Notes under the pieces: generated by a model
Seen by the model: the letters and a program-made list of their open reading frames with translations, nothing else
Told to the model about the DNA's origin: nothing
Databases searched by the model: none
Assembly: GCA_964057225.1 (NCBI GenBank)
Contig: OZ059896.1
Location: 15,128,001 to 15,192,000 of the forward strand
Reading direction: 5' to 3'
Source of the DNA: Auanema rhodensis
Lineage: Eukaryota > Animalia > Nematoda
DNA length: 64,000 bases
Shown: piece by piece, positions 11,792 to 26,200 of the stretch
Numbering within the stretch: the first letter of the stretch is position 1
How the letters are laid out: each line of letters begins with the position of its first letter
Translations under genes and position numbers: made by a program

Positions 11792-12580
11792 CTATAATTC
11801 TGTTGCAAACGGTTTCTTTTTTCCGCAACAGACGCAATAACGTAAAATTGTATAGATCAAAATTATAACACATGATAACAGGACACAGATGATAGCGAAG
11901 CTGAAAAGATCATTAATATTTTGAAAAATAATTAGACGGCTCATCCAAAACTTACAGGAGCCATATGCGAACATATGCACAGCATTTATTTCTTTCAGTT
12001 ATATCTACATCACAACATTGATAATAGAAGAACATTGATTCCCTCGGACATCTAAAAACAATGTGTTGAATTTCAATTGTCATCATTTTAAAAAATCAGC
12101 GTATAGGACTGGTTAAACTTTAATTTCTTCCAATTATTCTCAAAAAAATGTAATGCTATATTATTGTGTTCTGCTCAATTTAAAAAAATCGGACGAGGTT
12201 AACTCACAGAACATTAGGACTGAAAGGTTCGAGTGGTTCCTTACAATAGCTAACAGATCCCTTTGTATTTCCTTGTAAGCTATTGATTATGGCAGCAGCT
12301 ACGGAGGCTATTAACTAAATATTAAATTGTTTCAATACATGTTATTACCTATTGAACACAAACCAGAAAAGTAACAACTGCACTCAATAAGCGTAGAGTT
12401 GATGGCAGCACACAGAGAGTGTCAGGTTCGTCAATCATGAACTAGAAAAATAAAATGTTTATAACGAACACAATTGCTTACCTGTCCTGGCAAAACTCTA
12501 GTACCACTACGGACTGACCTCAAAGACGGATGCCTAGACCATACAACAACAGGAGATTCAGTTTCTATTACTTTTGACAT
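11792..12580 (-). CDS. Small two-TM protein with a Cys-rich loop (nematode CX/Shisa-like), 5 exons
   Basis: MSKVIETESP...PGQ|FMIDEPD...VVTFL|LIASVAAAIINS...YCKEPLEPFSPNVL|CPRESMFFYYQCCDVDITERNKCCAYVRIWLL|FAIICVLLSCVIILIYTILRYCVCCGKKKPFATEL*. All introns are GT-AG and in phase. Confidence 0.82.
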
Positions 12581-12774
12581 TCTTGTCTCCTATAAATCAA
12601 CCAAGTACTTAAAATATAGCTGTTAAAGAAAAAGAGATAGAAAAACTGTGAAGACCGAAATAATATCATACAATTACGATATTCAAGATTTATAGAAAGT
12701 TGTTCAGCAGAACCAGTTGTATAATCTTCGGAAAACAGTTATTGACAATAGCCTTAGAAAATATCAGATTCGTT

Positions 12775-12857
12775 CCGTCGATAGCTCAGTTGGTAGAGCG
12801 GAGGACTGTAGAAGTGTAGATATCCTTAGGTCGCTGGTTCGAATCCGGCTCGACGGA
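12775..12857 (+). tRNA. tRNA-Tyr(GUA), 10-nt intron, copy 1
   Basis: CCGTCGATAGCTCAGTTGGTAGAGCGGAGGACTGTAG[AAGTGTAGAT]ATCCTTAGGTCGCTGGTTCGAATCCGGCTCGACGGA, followed by a T5 terminator. Confidence 0.97.
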
Positions 12858-12933
12858 GTTCTTTTTCTTTTCTTTCTTACCGATTCAGTTGTAGCAGTTA
12901 TTCACAATCGTCTGAGAAGAACAGGGTTTCGTT

Positions 12934-13016
12934 CCGTCGATAGCTCAGTTGGTAGAGCGGAGGACTGTAGAAGTGTAGATATCCTTAGGTCGCTGGTTCG
13001 AATCCGGCTCGACGGA
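12934..13016 (+). tRNA. tRNA-Tyr(GUA), copy 2
   Basis: Identical to copy 1. Confidence 0.97.
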
Positions 13017-13092
13017 GTTCTTTTTCTTTTCTTTCTTACCAATTCAGTTGTAGCAGTTATTCACAATCGTCTGAGAAGAACAGGGTTTCGTT

Positions 13093-13175
13093 CCGTCGAT
13101 AGCTCAGTTGGTAGAGCGGAGGACTGTAGAAGTGTAGATATCCTTAGGTCGCTGGTTCGAATCCGGCTCGACGGA
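13093..13175 (+). tRNA. tRNA-Tyr(GUA), copy 3
   Basis: Identical to copy 1. Confidence 0.97.
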
Positions 13176-13251
13176 GTTCTTTTTCTTTTCTTTCTTACCA
13201 ATTCAGTTGTAGCAGTTATTCACAATCGTCTGAGAAGAACAGGGTTTCGTT

Positions 13252-13334
13252 CCGTCGATAGCTCAGTTGGTAGAGCGGAGGACTGTAGAAGTGTAGATAT
13301 CCTTAGGTCGCTGGTTCGAATCCGGCTCGACGGA
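13252..13334 (+). tRNA. tRNA-Tyr(GUA), copy 4
   Basis: Identical to copy 1. Confidence 0.97.
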
Positions 13335-13410
13335 GTTCTTTTTCTTTTCTTTCTTACCAATTCAGTTGTAGCAGTTATTCACATTCGTCTGAGAAGAACA
13401 GGGTTTCGTT

Positions 13411-13493
13411 CCGTCGATAGCTCAGTTGGTAGAGCGGAGGACTGTAGAAGTGTAGATATCCTTAGGTCGCTGGTTCGAATCCGGCTCGACGGA
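13411..13493 (+). tRNA. tRNA-Tyr(GUA), copy 5
   Basis: Identical to copy 1. Confidence 0.97.
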
Positions 13494-13569
13494 GTTCTTT
13501 TTCTTTTCTTTCTTACCAATTCAGTTGTAGCAGTTATTCACAATCGTCTGAGAAGAACAGGGTTTCGTT

Positions 13570-13652
13570 CCGTCGATAGCTCAGTTGGTAGAGCGGAGGA
13601 CTGTAGAAGTGTAGATATCCTTAGGTCGCTGGTTCGAATCCGGCTCGACGGA
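13570..13652 (+). tRNA. tRNA-Tyr(GUA), copy 6
   Basis: Identical to copy 1. Confidence 0.97.
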
Positions 13653-13728
13653 GTTCTTTTTCTTTTCTTTCTTACCAATTCAGTTGTAGCAGTTATTCAC
13701 AATCGTCTGAGAAGAACAGGGTTTCGTT

Positions 13729-13811
13729 CCGTCGATAGCTCAGTTGGTAGAGCGGAGGACTGTAGAAGTGTAGATATCCTTAGGTCGCTGGTTCGAATCC
13801 GGCTCGACGGA
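13729..13811 (+). tRNA. tRNA-Tyr(GUA), copy 7
   Basis: Identical to copy 1. Confidence 0.97.
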
Positions 13812-13887
13812 GTTCTTTTTCTTTTCTTTCTTACCAATTCAGTTGTAGCAGTTATTCACAATCGTCTGAGAAGAACAGGGTTTCGTT

Positions 13888-13970
13888 CCGTCGATAGCTC
13901 AGTTGGTAGAGCGGAGGACTGTAGAAGTGTAGATATCCTTAGGTCGCTGGTTCGAATCCGGCTCGACGGA
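13888..13970 (+). tRNA. tRNA-Tyr(GUA), copy 8
   Basis: Identical to copy 1. Confidence 0.97.
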
Positions 13971-14046
13971 GTTCTTTTTCTTTTCTTTCTTACCAATTCA
14001 GTTGTAGCAGTTATTCACAATCGTCTGAGAAGAACAGGGTTTCGTT

Positions 14047-14129
14047 CCGTCGATAGCTCAGTTGGTAGAGCGGAGGACTGTAGAAGTGTAGATATCCTTA
14101 GGTCGCTGGTTCGAATCCGGCTCGACGGA
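14047..14129 (+). tRNA. tRNA-Tyr(GUA), copy 9
   Basis: Identical to copy 1. Confidence 0.97.
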
Positions 14130-14205
14130 GTTCTTTTTCTTTTCTTTCTTACCAATTCAGTTGTAGCAGTTATTCACAATCGTCTGAGAAGAACAGGGTT
14201 TCGTT

Positions 14206-14288
14206 CCGTCGATAGCTCAGTTGGTAGAGCGGAGGACTGTAGAAGTGTAGATATCCTTAGGTCGCTGGTTCGAATCCGGCTCGACGGA
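14206..14288 (+). tRNA. tRNA-Tyr(GUA), copy 10
   Basis: Identical to copy 1. Confidence 0.97.
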
Positions 14289-14364
14289 GTTCTTTTTCTT
14301 TTCTTTCTTACCGATTCAGTTGTAGCAGTTATTCACAATCGTCTGAGAAGAACAGGGTTTCGTT

Positions 14365-14447
14365 CCGTCGATAGCTCAGTTGGTAGAGCGGAGGACTGTA
14401 GAAGTGTAGATATCCTTAGGTCGCTGGTTCGAATCCGGCTCGACGGA
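14365..14447 (+). tRNA. tRNA-Tyr(GUA), copy 11
   Basis: Identical to copy 1. Confidence 0.97.
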
Positions 14448-15731
14448 GTTCTTTTTCTTTTCTTTCTTACCGATTCAGTTGCAGTTATTGACAGCTACAT
14501 CTGCTCAAGACAAGGTTTTGTTTCGTTGAACGTTGGTTGGTGGATCCGAGTTTTTTTCGTTCTGTACAATTTTTTAATCAAAGAATAACAGACAAATTTT
14601 AAAAAAGCTGACAACATTTTTTAAACAAAAAAAATCGAAAAATCGAAGTAGCGAACAAGAAAATCTTTATAGCTTAGTTTAAAGAACTGGCAATGCAGCC
14701 GGATGGTATTCTTGAATAGAATAAATTGTGATTGCATGTTTGAATGATTCAAGAGTAATTAGGCAAAAGATAGAATTTATGTTCTTTCTCAAAAAACCGG
14801 AAGATATACTGTTTCAGTCTTTCTTTTTTAATGAAGACATTTGTTGGATATTTCAGTAGAGTGAAGAAAATTATCCGCAATTAATCAAAATTAACTTCCT
14901 AAAAGTTAAAGAATATTGAAACGGAATATGATATGAAAGAGTAAAAAGAGAATAAAGTATATCCGTCTGAATAATTTAATAGAAGAAAGTTGTTTAGCAA
15001 TGCTTTATCTGAAACGCTACAACTTATGACTTTATTTGGAAAAGTCATAAAATGAGACGAAAAGCAAGCGAAGTATATCATTTCAAATCTCATGAGAATT
15101 AAATTTGAGCTCGTAAGCATGTAAAAATCGAAACTCTAGAGATGAAATTGGTTTAACAAAAAAACTTAAAGATCAAACTAAATTTGAACAGAAAAAATGA
15201 TAAAAATAGTCTCAAACAAAAAAATATGAGCGTAAATGTGTAAAAGAACAACCGTTCCCAATATTATGTTAAAATAATTTACAATGTCATAATGTCATCA
15301 CGTTAATTTACGTGAAATTAGCATACAACATTACAAGAACAACACGTAGTACGAAAGAAAATTAAATCTGGTCTGATGAGAGTGATGATATGACAGAAGC
15401 ATTGAAAGCTATTTTACTCCGTAAAGCAATAAAACTAATACATTCAAAAGAATATAACAACTGAGAAGAGTACATTTTATGCCTCTTGAACCTTATATTG
15501 TTATTCGTCTAAAGCGTTGTGAACATAAAACTCAAATTCAAAAAGAAATCGAAACAGATGCTGCAACTACTGTTGACGGAGTTGACGTAACTTTGAAATA
15601 ACGTTAAAAATATATCATCTGACTTTGAAGTATGCCGACCTATGTTATTAAAGAATATAGTTTTTACTGAAAATTATTTATATTTTATTTCAAATTTACA
15701 TATGAGCATAGCGTATGACAAAGTTTGGTTT

Positions 15732-17139
<1,408 letters not shown>

Positions 17140-18460
17140 TCTGAAAATAAAAAAAAACTTTAAAGTGTAGAGATGAAAATTTCATAGATGCTTCTGAGAA
17201 TGACGAAAGAAGAGTTTAGATAGAGTTTTGAGAGAAAGAGGAGAGAGAATGAGAACTTTTATTGTTATAATAGTGGATATAGAGCATGTATAGCATCTAC
17301 TTCTTATGAACTATTTAAATGACAAACTATGTTATCTAATCAATTCTTTATCGATCTAACCGGTACATTTTCTTTTTTGAATTCTCTTTATTGTTTTGAT
17401 TTGATATGAATGGTACAGATTGATAAGATCTTTACGCATTTTTTGATGAAAGAAATCTGTTTATGTTTATCTTAAGAAATAGAAAAAACATTTGACAATT
17501 TCAATAGAAAGAAGAAGATTTAAAAGCTATAGTAAATTTATTTTTATATTTTATTTATAAAAATTGATACATATTTATTAAATAAATGTTTATTGAAATA
17601 AAAACTAAAAATGAAAACAGTAAAACAATAAAATAATATTAATAAAATATAATATATGAATGTATTTATGACGACGATGAAACAATTTAAATAATTCTTT
17701 TTTTTGTTATATGATATAATATAATAATATTAATAATAATATGTATAAGTATGTATAATACTATCTTCCCAAATAATATTAATTATAATTTCAAAAAGTT
17801 GAAAACCGGATAAAAACAGGATGTCTAATGGAATATAATTGAAATACTTGTTACGATTATCATCATAACATGGGCAATGTAGAAATACTACATAGATTGT
17901 AAGATTCCAGCTTAGTTTTTAATGATTTTTGTATTTTAACAGGGACAACAATAAAAGGTCGAAAAGTATTGGGAGAGAGGAAGCGTAGTGGGGGAGAAGA
18001 TTGAGCAAGATAGAGAGAGGGAGAGAATAACGAATATTTAACCGGATTTCTACAGAAATGTTTAGGAGTTAATACCTTATTTATACAAATATAATGTAAT
18101 CTACACGTAATATGAAAGATAAGAGTTGAATGTAGATATGTTATGTATTTGGAGACGAAGATGAAGACTTCGGAGTCTTCTTGGCTTGTGAAGATGGTTG
18201 TGCTTTATCATATATTTCCATGAGCTCTATTCCGATTCCAAAAAAAAGGAAAATTAAGAAAAATAAAAGATGTTTCTCAAAGCGAAAAAATTTGGAATTG
18301 TAGACAGAGGACATCTAGAAGCTGGGATGAAAGTACTGGCCATTAAGAGGTGGGTTACTGACCTCATCTAGCATTAATACAAGATATATAATCTAGAGAT
18401 ACACGTAAAAAATATAAAAATGTTAGATATAAAGGAGTTTTAGTTTATCTACTTTTCTGA

Positions 18461-21400
18461 TCACATGCCAACTAAACGGAACGAGACACTCTCAGAAGCT
18501 GGATGCTCTACCGTATATTTAACCACAAGATCTTTTTGCTGTCCGGCTGCCAAAACCATTGACCATTCCAGGTTGTGATCTCTATTCAAACGAGCTTCTG
18601 TTCCCTTTGTACGAATATCAGGTGATACAATTGAAATCTAAAAGAGTTTCTATTAAGAACGCTTAGATCTCGTCTGTTTCACCTTAATCTTTTCATCAGC
18701 AGATTTTGGAATTTGCTCTTTCATTGTTATCTGAACAGCTTGAGCAACTTTAGCATTTCTTAGTGTGATACACTGTTCATGAGTCACCACAGTGCTTTTT
18801 GATATTAATCCAACCTATAGAATATGTTTTCATTAAGTTTGTAAAGCTTTTTAACTACTTGTTCATGATATGAAATAGGTGGCTTGTATTCAACCTTGAT
18901 TGAGGGATCCATGCCTAGAGCACATCTAAATTCTTCACCTGGAGCAACAGCACGAAGATGTGTCTAAAACAAACAATATAACAATCATCAATGTATTTAA
19001 CATACTTTTGATACAAAACTATTATTCAAATAAATTGATGCAGGCCCAGGAAGAATGGGATATGTTGAGGTGTTAGTAATCGAAGCCGAAAGGAATGCTG
19101 AGCAACAACGGGATGGAACAGTTTCATGGAAAAATGCTGAGGCAAGGTCCACCATGGCCACAAGGACTTTCTGTTCATGACCATTATATGGAATTGAAAC
19201 GGTTCTTGGAATTGAGAAACAAGTAGACATAACGTTCTCGATGCTCTGAAAACGTTTTGTCCAATTATGTTTTTCGGGAAAATCAACAAATATACTCACC
19301 GGTGTTGATGTGCTGTCTTCGCTGCTTCGACTCATCTGACCATTGTTGTAACGATGCATAGCAGCAGCATCGACAATTTCATTGAAATCGAAAGATCCAA
19401 ATCCCATATCTTCTTCAGAAGCAGCTGACATTGGCTTACGACGAGCAGCAGATGCATGACGAGTTCGGCTGCAGAACAAGCAATATAAGGTGTTAATTCA
19501 ACAATGAGAAACTCACTATCGGCTTGAGCGATGAAGACTAGCGGTAAGAGTAGCTAAGGCAGGAGCTGATCCTCCAACAGAAGGAGAAGCAGTTGACAGC
19601 ACCAATTCCGTGTCTTTCCAATCATCTCCTGTATTTTGTTCTACTAATCCATAATAACAAAGCTGAAATAGGACATATAAACATGATACTATAAGTCTTT
19701 CAGAGTGTGAAGTTTATCAATTGTGTGGAACTTACTTTAACTGACTGTTCGCCCTCACTAGTAGTAGAAGCTCTAATATCATAAGTAGGTTTCCAACTAG
19801 CGCAGTATACCTAAAATAACAAATTTTTTAAGTTTTTGAACTTTATTTGTATATTAAGCATAGTATCTAAAGTTTTTACACAATATTTCCTGTTTCCCCC
19901 TCCCACTTATACATAAAAAGAGCGACTTTGATCGCTTATTCGATCGGTACTTCGACCAAGTTTTATGTTATCTCGTTTGTTTTTTTTTGAAGAAGAGGAA
20001 TTTTTCAGTTTAATTCGATTACATCATTTTCTAACTTACAATATTTTTATAAAGTCAATAACGAAAATAAAAACAAATATGATTACCTGATAACTTAAGT
20101 ATAATTCAACTGGTCCAGCAAAATCCATTTCAACGATAATGCTGATATTTCTAAAAAATTAAAAAATATTCAAAAACTTTATTTAAGAAGTTTTCAGAGA
20201 TTATTTTTAAAAAGTTCAGCTATGTTATTCATGCTCATAATGATAGATCAAGAAGATATTTCCATATCAATACTTGCGAAAGCATGAAATTACCATGTTT
20301 TACTTCGAAGATCAGTTTTATTTTGAAAAAACAAATATTCATGTAAATATCCAGTTACAGCAGCTTTTAAAATAAAAAACTATGGTCCTGATGGACCAGC
20401 AGCATAGATGAAACTGGATGAAGCCATAATTGGATGATCCCAACCTTTTTTTTAGAAGGTTAAAAAGGTGCGCTTATCAAGTTCGCGGACAACTATATAA
20501 ATCCCAGGAAATCAGCAAATGACATCCAACTTTTCCATCCATTTCATTTCAGCTTTTACATTCTTTTCTTCAAACTTCACACTAATTATTTTAAAAACTT
20601 CTTCAGAATGTCTGACGAGAAAAATTTTGAAAACACCGCCTCTGTTAAGCGCTTCGCTTTCTTTGGAGTAGCTGTCTCTACTATTGCTACTTTGACTGCT
20701 ATCATTGCTATTCCAATGCTCTGCCTTTACATGCAGAACATCCAATCTGGACTCCAAGATGAGCTCAACTTCTGCAAAACTCGCACTGAATCTCTCCGTG
20801 GAGAATACACCAAGGTTTCATTTGCACAGCTTTTCTTTATAGCAATTCTGTATTTCAGCTCTCTAGCTACCGTGATGCTGCTGTCGCTTCCCGCAAGAAG
20901 CGTTCTTCCGATAATCAATGCTGTTCTTGCGGAGTTGGACCAGCTGGAGCAATTGGAGCTCCAGGAGAACCAGGCCAAGACGGAAAGGATGGACGTCCAG
21001 GACAGCCAGGAGTTCCAGGGCCTGACGCTGACACCGCCGATGCTCTTCCAAAGCCAGAAGACTTCTGCTTCGATTGCCCAGCAGGACCACCAGGACCACC
21101 AGGAGCTCCAGGACCAAAGGGATCTGACGGACAAACTGGTGCCCCAGGAGAAGATGGACCAGCTGGACGTCAAGGACCACGTGGGCCACCAGGACAACAA
21201 GGACCAGTTGGACAAACCGGAGCTGATGGACAGCCAGGACAACCAGGATCTGCCGGACAAGTCCGCACTCTTCCATCCCCACCAGGAGAGCCAGGACAAC
21301 CAGGAGAGCCAGGACCACAAGGACAACCAGGAACTGATGGACGCCCAGGACATCCAGGACGCGCCGGGCCAATTGGACCTACTGGAGATGCTGGAGCTGA

Positions 21401-23214
21401 CGGAGAAGCCGGAAAGCCAGGAGAGGACGGAGCTCCAGGACTTCCAGGAAAGGACGGACTCAAGGGATCTTGCGACCATTGCCCACCACCACGCACTGCC
21501 CCAGGATATTAAACCAATCCATCAAAAACTGTTATTTTATTTCAATAAATATATCGATGCAAAATATCTTCCATTAATTTATTAAGATACCTTTTAATCG
21601 AGTCGTACTCGAATCCACATCGAAGTTGATCAATTTGTCTTTCGATTGCTTCAATTCGTTCACTGAGTTGATCACTTTCTCTCTGTTTTTTACGCAATTC
21701 AGCTTTCATATCAGCTGTAGTAGTACCTGAAAAACAGAAGAAACATTGAATAACATACGATAGTACTCTTAGTTTACCGTAATAGTTTAAAAACTTTTCT
21801 AAATTATCTAAAGCATCTTCATTCATTAAAAATCCGATAGGGGAATTTCCTAGCAATCCTCCCCCACCTAAAGTCGATGGAACGGTTATAGTATGTCTGA
21901 ATAACAACCAATATATTGAGCTTATAGTTATGACTGAGATATTCTTACCTTCTTGAGAGGTTTGGCTGACTTCCGTATGGGGATGGGTCATTCGCTTGTG
22001 TGGTTGAAGTTGCAGCACTAGCTGGTCCGGAAGCAATCTGTAATTTCCAAAATGCTTGTTACAATAAAAAATTCAGTTGATGTACTTGAGCAGCTACTCC
22101 ATCTAATACATCAATACGCTTCTTTAATGAACCAATTTCATCCTCTACAGCAAACCGCATGTTTTCCAATTTAAGCTTTTGATCTTCAAGATTTTGAACC
22201 TGAACAAGTCAATAACCTAGAATTCAGCCCAAATTTGAAATTCTACCTTTTCATTCTCCGTTTCAGTATCAATGGGCATTTCCTGATATTGTACTTCTTG
22301 TATTAATGCTCCACGTCCATCAACTCGGACTGATTGCCGTTCAATCACAGCTGAGACATTCTACAAAGATACATCTCCATTTTCTCCCTTTTTTCCGATT
22401 TTTTTAAATTTCAAATTTTAATAACATAAGGTTACCTTATCAGCTACGATTATTTATCACTATGAAATAGAAGTATGTTATCTTCAAAACCACTGATCTA
22501 CGTAAAATTCTTCGTTTTTTTTTGTCAAAAATGCATTTTATACTTCGGATATAGAAAGTTAATAATTTATTATTCGCGGGAAAAACGCTCTCAGATTAAA
22601 TATACTATGATAAGATCAATATATTTTATAGTTGGAATATGTATTGATTTCAATGAATTACAATAAATATAATTTACTACATCGTTTTTTATATCTTATT
22701 GATATTCTTCAACTTTCGTGAATTAGAAGAAACTTTCTAATAAGCTTCAATTCCATGGAAAAGCTGGTAGAATGAGGGAGATGCGTGGGTTGCGGTATAA
22801 AACGAAGATCTTTGAGTGGGAAATTGATAATAGCTATTTAACCGTTCATTAACTTCTTATCATATTGATGAAATTTCTTAATAACATAATTTGAAAAAAA
22901 AAGTTTTCCTTCCCTCTAAAAAAGATTTTTAGAGTTTTGATTTCAGTTAACGGTCTTTGTGCTAGAATGCTTCAATCGCAGGCAAGAGAGAAGAGATAGA
23001 TTTTCTTTCTTTTTTTTTTCGAAAAATGAGTTGAAAGATCTATAAAACCTACTTGGATAATGATTTCGTTAGTTCCTTTGTTGAGATTTGCTATAACAAT
23101 CCTCTTAACTTCAGCCCGATCGCAATATACAATGACGTTCTTAGTTGGTAAAGAAGATGCTTCGAATATAAACTGTTGTTGTGGTGTAGGATGATCGTAC
23201 CAAGGCTCTACCAT
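18461..23214 (-). CDS. DUF4140/DUF4139 protein (F37C4.5-like), multi-exon
   Basis: N-terminal [11 protein letters not shown], a coiled coil, LSYQ|[26 protein letters not shown]...[46 protein letters not shown], ending YTVEHP...FRLVGM*. Confidence 0.9.
20473..20501 (+). promoter_or_regulatory. Collagen core promoter: GATA site and TATA box
   Basis: CTTATCA at 20473-20479 and TATATAAA at 20494-20501, about 110 nt upstream of the collagen ATG. Confidence 0.65.
20608..21512 (+). CDS. Nematode cuticle collagen, 2 exons, nested antisense in a DUF4139 intron
   Basis: Col_cuticle_N ([11 protein letters not shown]...FCK), intron 20815-20858, RKKR processing site, CCSCG, Gly-X-Y blocks, FCFDCP, ending [19 protein letters not shown] near 21544. 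Confidence 0.97.
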
Positions 23215-26200
23215 TTTCTATATGAATAATCTGAAAACTTCAAAGAAGTTATAATTACTATGAAAAGATAATCTAAATAAAGTTTTTAATGTTACAAGAT
23301 GAGCAAATGATAAGAAATGACAATGAAAGAACAAAACTTATCAAGTGAATAGTATAGTAAAGTAAACAAAAAAAAACTACAGATAGTAAGTATAGGATAG
23401 TCAGAAACTGTTTTTTCAAAAAAAAATTTTCTCCGAAAATGCTAAGAATACAAACATTTTAATTAAAATTGTATATATAAATATAAATATATATGACAGA
23501 AAGCTAAAAACAAGAAGTAACATGAGGATATAAAGACAATGCAGGAGAATCGGACGACGACGAAAACAATCGTTTACAAACACTTCTTATCTAGTTATCA
23601 TTGCACAATTGTCTGCAAGTTTTGTCTAAGAACAAAAAATTAAAAGAGTGGCGAATGAACGAAATGGGTAAAATTCTTATCTCTCACTTATCATATTTTC
23701 TAAAAAAATATATTAAGAAAACATCTAGAAAATGACCAAGTTGAAAGTATGCTGCTACTAATATAACACCATCAAAGGAGAAAGGGGGATGAATGAAGAA
23801 ATGAGAGATGGAGAAAGAGTGAGGAAAATAAAAAAAAAAGATATGAAAAGGAATAACATCAAATTGAGCAGTGTATAGAAAAATCCTCATGCTATGTCAT
23901 GAGCTACCGCTGAATATGAAAAGGAAGAAAACGGTAATTGATAGCTTGCGAAAATAGTTCATTGGCTTAGAAACAAGTGATATATTACTTACTTTTCTTT
24001 TTATCGTTTTCGATACCGTTTCTTTATTTGTTACTTTCATAGGAGAGACGGTAATAGCAGCTGTTAGTTAAGTGCTAATATAAAGAGAGAGAAAGAGAAA
24101 GGGAAAAGAGGACAGGAGAATGGGAAAGAAGAGAGAACGATTTCTTCGGAATATTATTATTCGTCTTTGATGGAAAGACTCAATTCGACCTGTTATGACT
24201 AATATGAGAAGAGGTATTAATTATAATGATAGAGAAATGGGAGGTCGTAAGTAGCAAATAGAAAAGTGACTGAATTTAATTTATGAAGTACAATAGTACT
24301 TTAATTCTATTATTAATTCATAAAGGATATAGTTAGCGAGGAACTGATAACATCATCATCAGGTTGTCCTATTCCTTTTTCGAATAACAATTCATTTTTT
24401 GTGCTCACAAAATTGAAGCATATGTAAGCAAAAATTAAGAGAAAAAAAGCAAAAAATGAAATTTCCTAAAGATAATCAGAGCTTGTTTGCCTGCTTTTCG
24501 GACCTTTTGGACAAGGCCATCCGAATCCTATTACAATGTCATATCAACATTGGAGCGATGAAGCACACTACTATCTGATTATCAGTTACCATTTGATGTC
24601 CGATTTTCACTGCCAAACGAAACAAGCCTTATGAAACGAGAGGAGAAAAAATTTAGAGAAGATAATTGAAAAATATTTTGTAATCTTTTCGATCATTAAT
24701 AGTTGGACTGAAAAAATAAATATGAGCACACCAACATGAACGTTCAGACGACATATTCAGACGTCGCAGAAAAATAAAATATTCAGAAGCTGTTGAAGGT
24801 GGGTGATCATTTGGTTCAGAATGATGGTGAATGATTGAGGAGACCAAATAACAGAGATTCGACTATCATATATCAGTAGCAAAACAGATGCAAAAATAGC
24901 TTCGTTATCAAATTAGTTCTATAATTGAGTAGTAAATATTTACATGCTTTTTCTTTCGAAAACGAAGCCTTGTTTTGTACCCATTAACTCGTATATATGT
25001 ACTTGTTCGGCTTATCGTCTAGAAAAAAGTAAGAAATCGCCTGGGATATGAGCCACTTGCAAGTGGACAACGACAATAAAGAAAACATAATGCTTCAAGA
25101 AAGTTGTAAAATTGATTTAGCTGACGCATAAAGGACAGGCGTACTAGAAGTAGGATCCTTAATATAGAGTTTAAATGATGAAATATGTAACTATTATTAT
25201 AAGGTTGCAAATACCAACAACTGGAAAGTTCCTCCTGTTTTCTTCCAAACATACTAATAGTAATAAACGTAAAGGTAAGTAATCATGATGTCAAATAAAA
25301 TTACGATGAAAAAGAGGAAGACTTGTCTGGTAAGAATACAAGAAAAGTTTTCATCAATTTTATTCAATGGGTTTCCTCTTATTAAAAAGGATAAAAAGCA
25401 TTTGATAAGAAATAGCTTCTTTTGGTCATTTTCTCTTGATAATGGACAGTGACCATATAAGACTACCCAATACTTATCTATTCATCAAACTATTTAGGAA
25501 TTTAAATAAGACAATAGTGAAGAAAAGGGAAAACTGTAATTACAAGGCAATATAGAAATTCCCACAATAACTAAAGACTTGATGATAAAGCTTGCGGAAT
25601 TCATTTCACTAATAAAGCTTTTACTGAGATAATGCAACCTGAACAGGATCCTCCACTTGGTTGGCACTGGTTACCGATTTGCACAGCGGTCACCGCAATT
25701 TTCAAATGATGTTTAAGCTGAGAGCGGTTGTACGCAACGAATGGAGTAAAACGATGAACGATGCCATAATCATCGTTTAAATGGTAAAAAATAGTCAGAG
25801 CAATAAACAATGTTTGTACTCACCTAAATAATCTGAAACCGTTTGTCCGTTATTTGACAATTAAGCTTCTAAAGAACTGAAATGATAACATTTCTTCTAT
25901 TTATGTTTATGATAGCAAAAGTTTCTATGCAGACTTTGTCTGCTAAACCATTTCAATAAATCAAAAATCCAGCCACGTGTTTCTCACTAACTCAACTAAA
26001 ATAACTTTTTTAAGCGATAAGTCTGAAAGATAAAGACATTTAACAAATTAAACTTCATACAATCCCAAGTGGTAAACCAGAATGTCAGCACAGCAAAACG
26101 GAAGGCTTTCATTTCTTTTCACTGAAACACATTTTGCTTCATCAGCATGGTGTCATAAAAACTACACAATCACCAAATTAGAAATAGTCTCGATGTTGTA

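Larger units (their letters stand above)
12775..14447 (+). repeat. Right tandem tRNA-Tyr array: 11 units of 159 bp (83-bp gene plus 76-bp spacer)
   Basis: Gene starts at 12775+159k for k=0..10. All genes are identical; spacers differ at only two sites. Confidence 0.98.

Noticed and set aside
12775-14447. CRISPR-like repeat/spacer array
   Set aside because: The spacers are near-identical, the repeat is a tRNA gene, the DNA is eukaryotic and there are no cas genes.
12717-14588. 623-aa repetitive ORF
   Set aside because: It is a translation of the tRNA array: the 159-bp unit is 53 codons and happens to lack stops in one frame. It starts at TTG, not ATG.
20608-21585. 325-aa unspliced ORF and the three antisense ORFs over the collagen
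   Set aside because: The true frame shifts at intron 20815-20858. The other ORFs are shadows of the CCA-GGA codon repeats.
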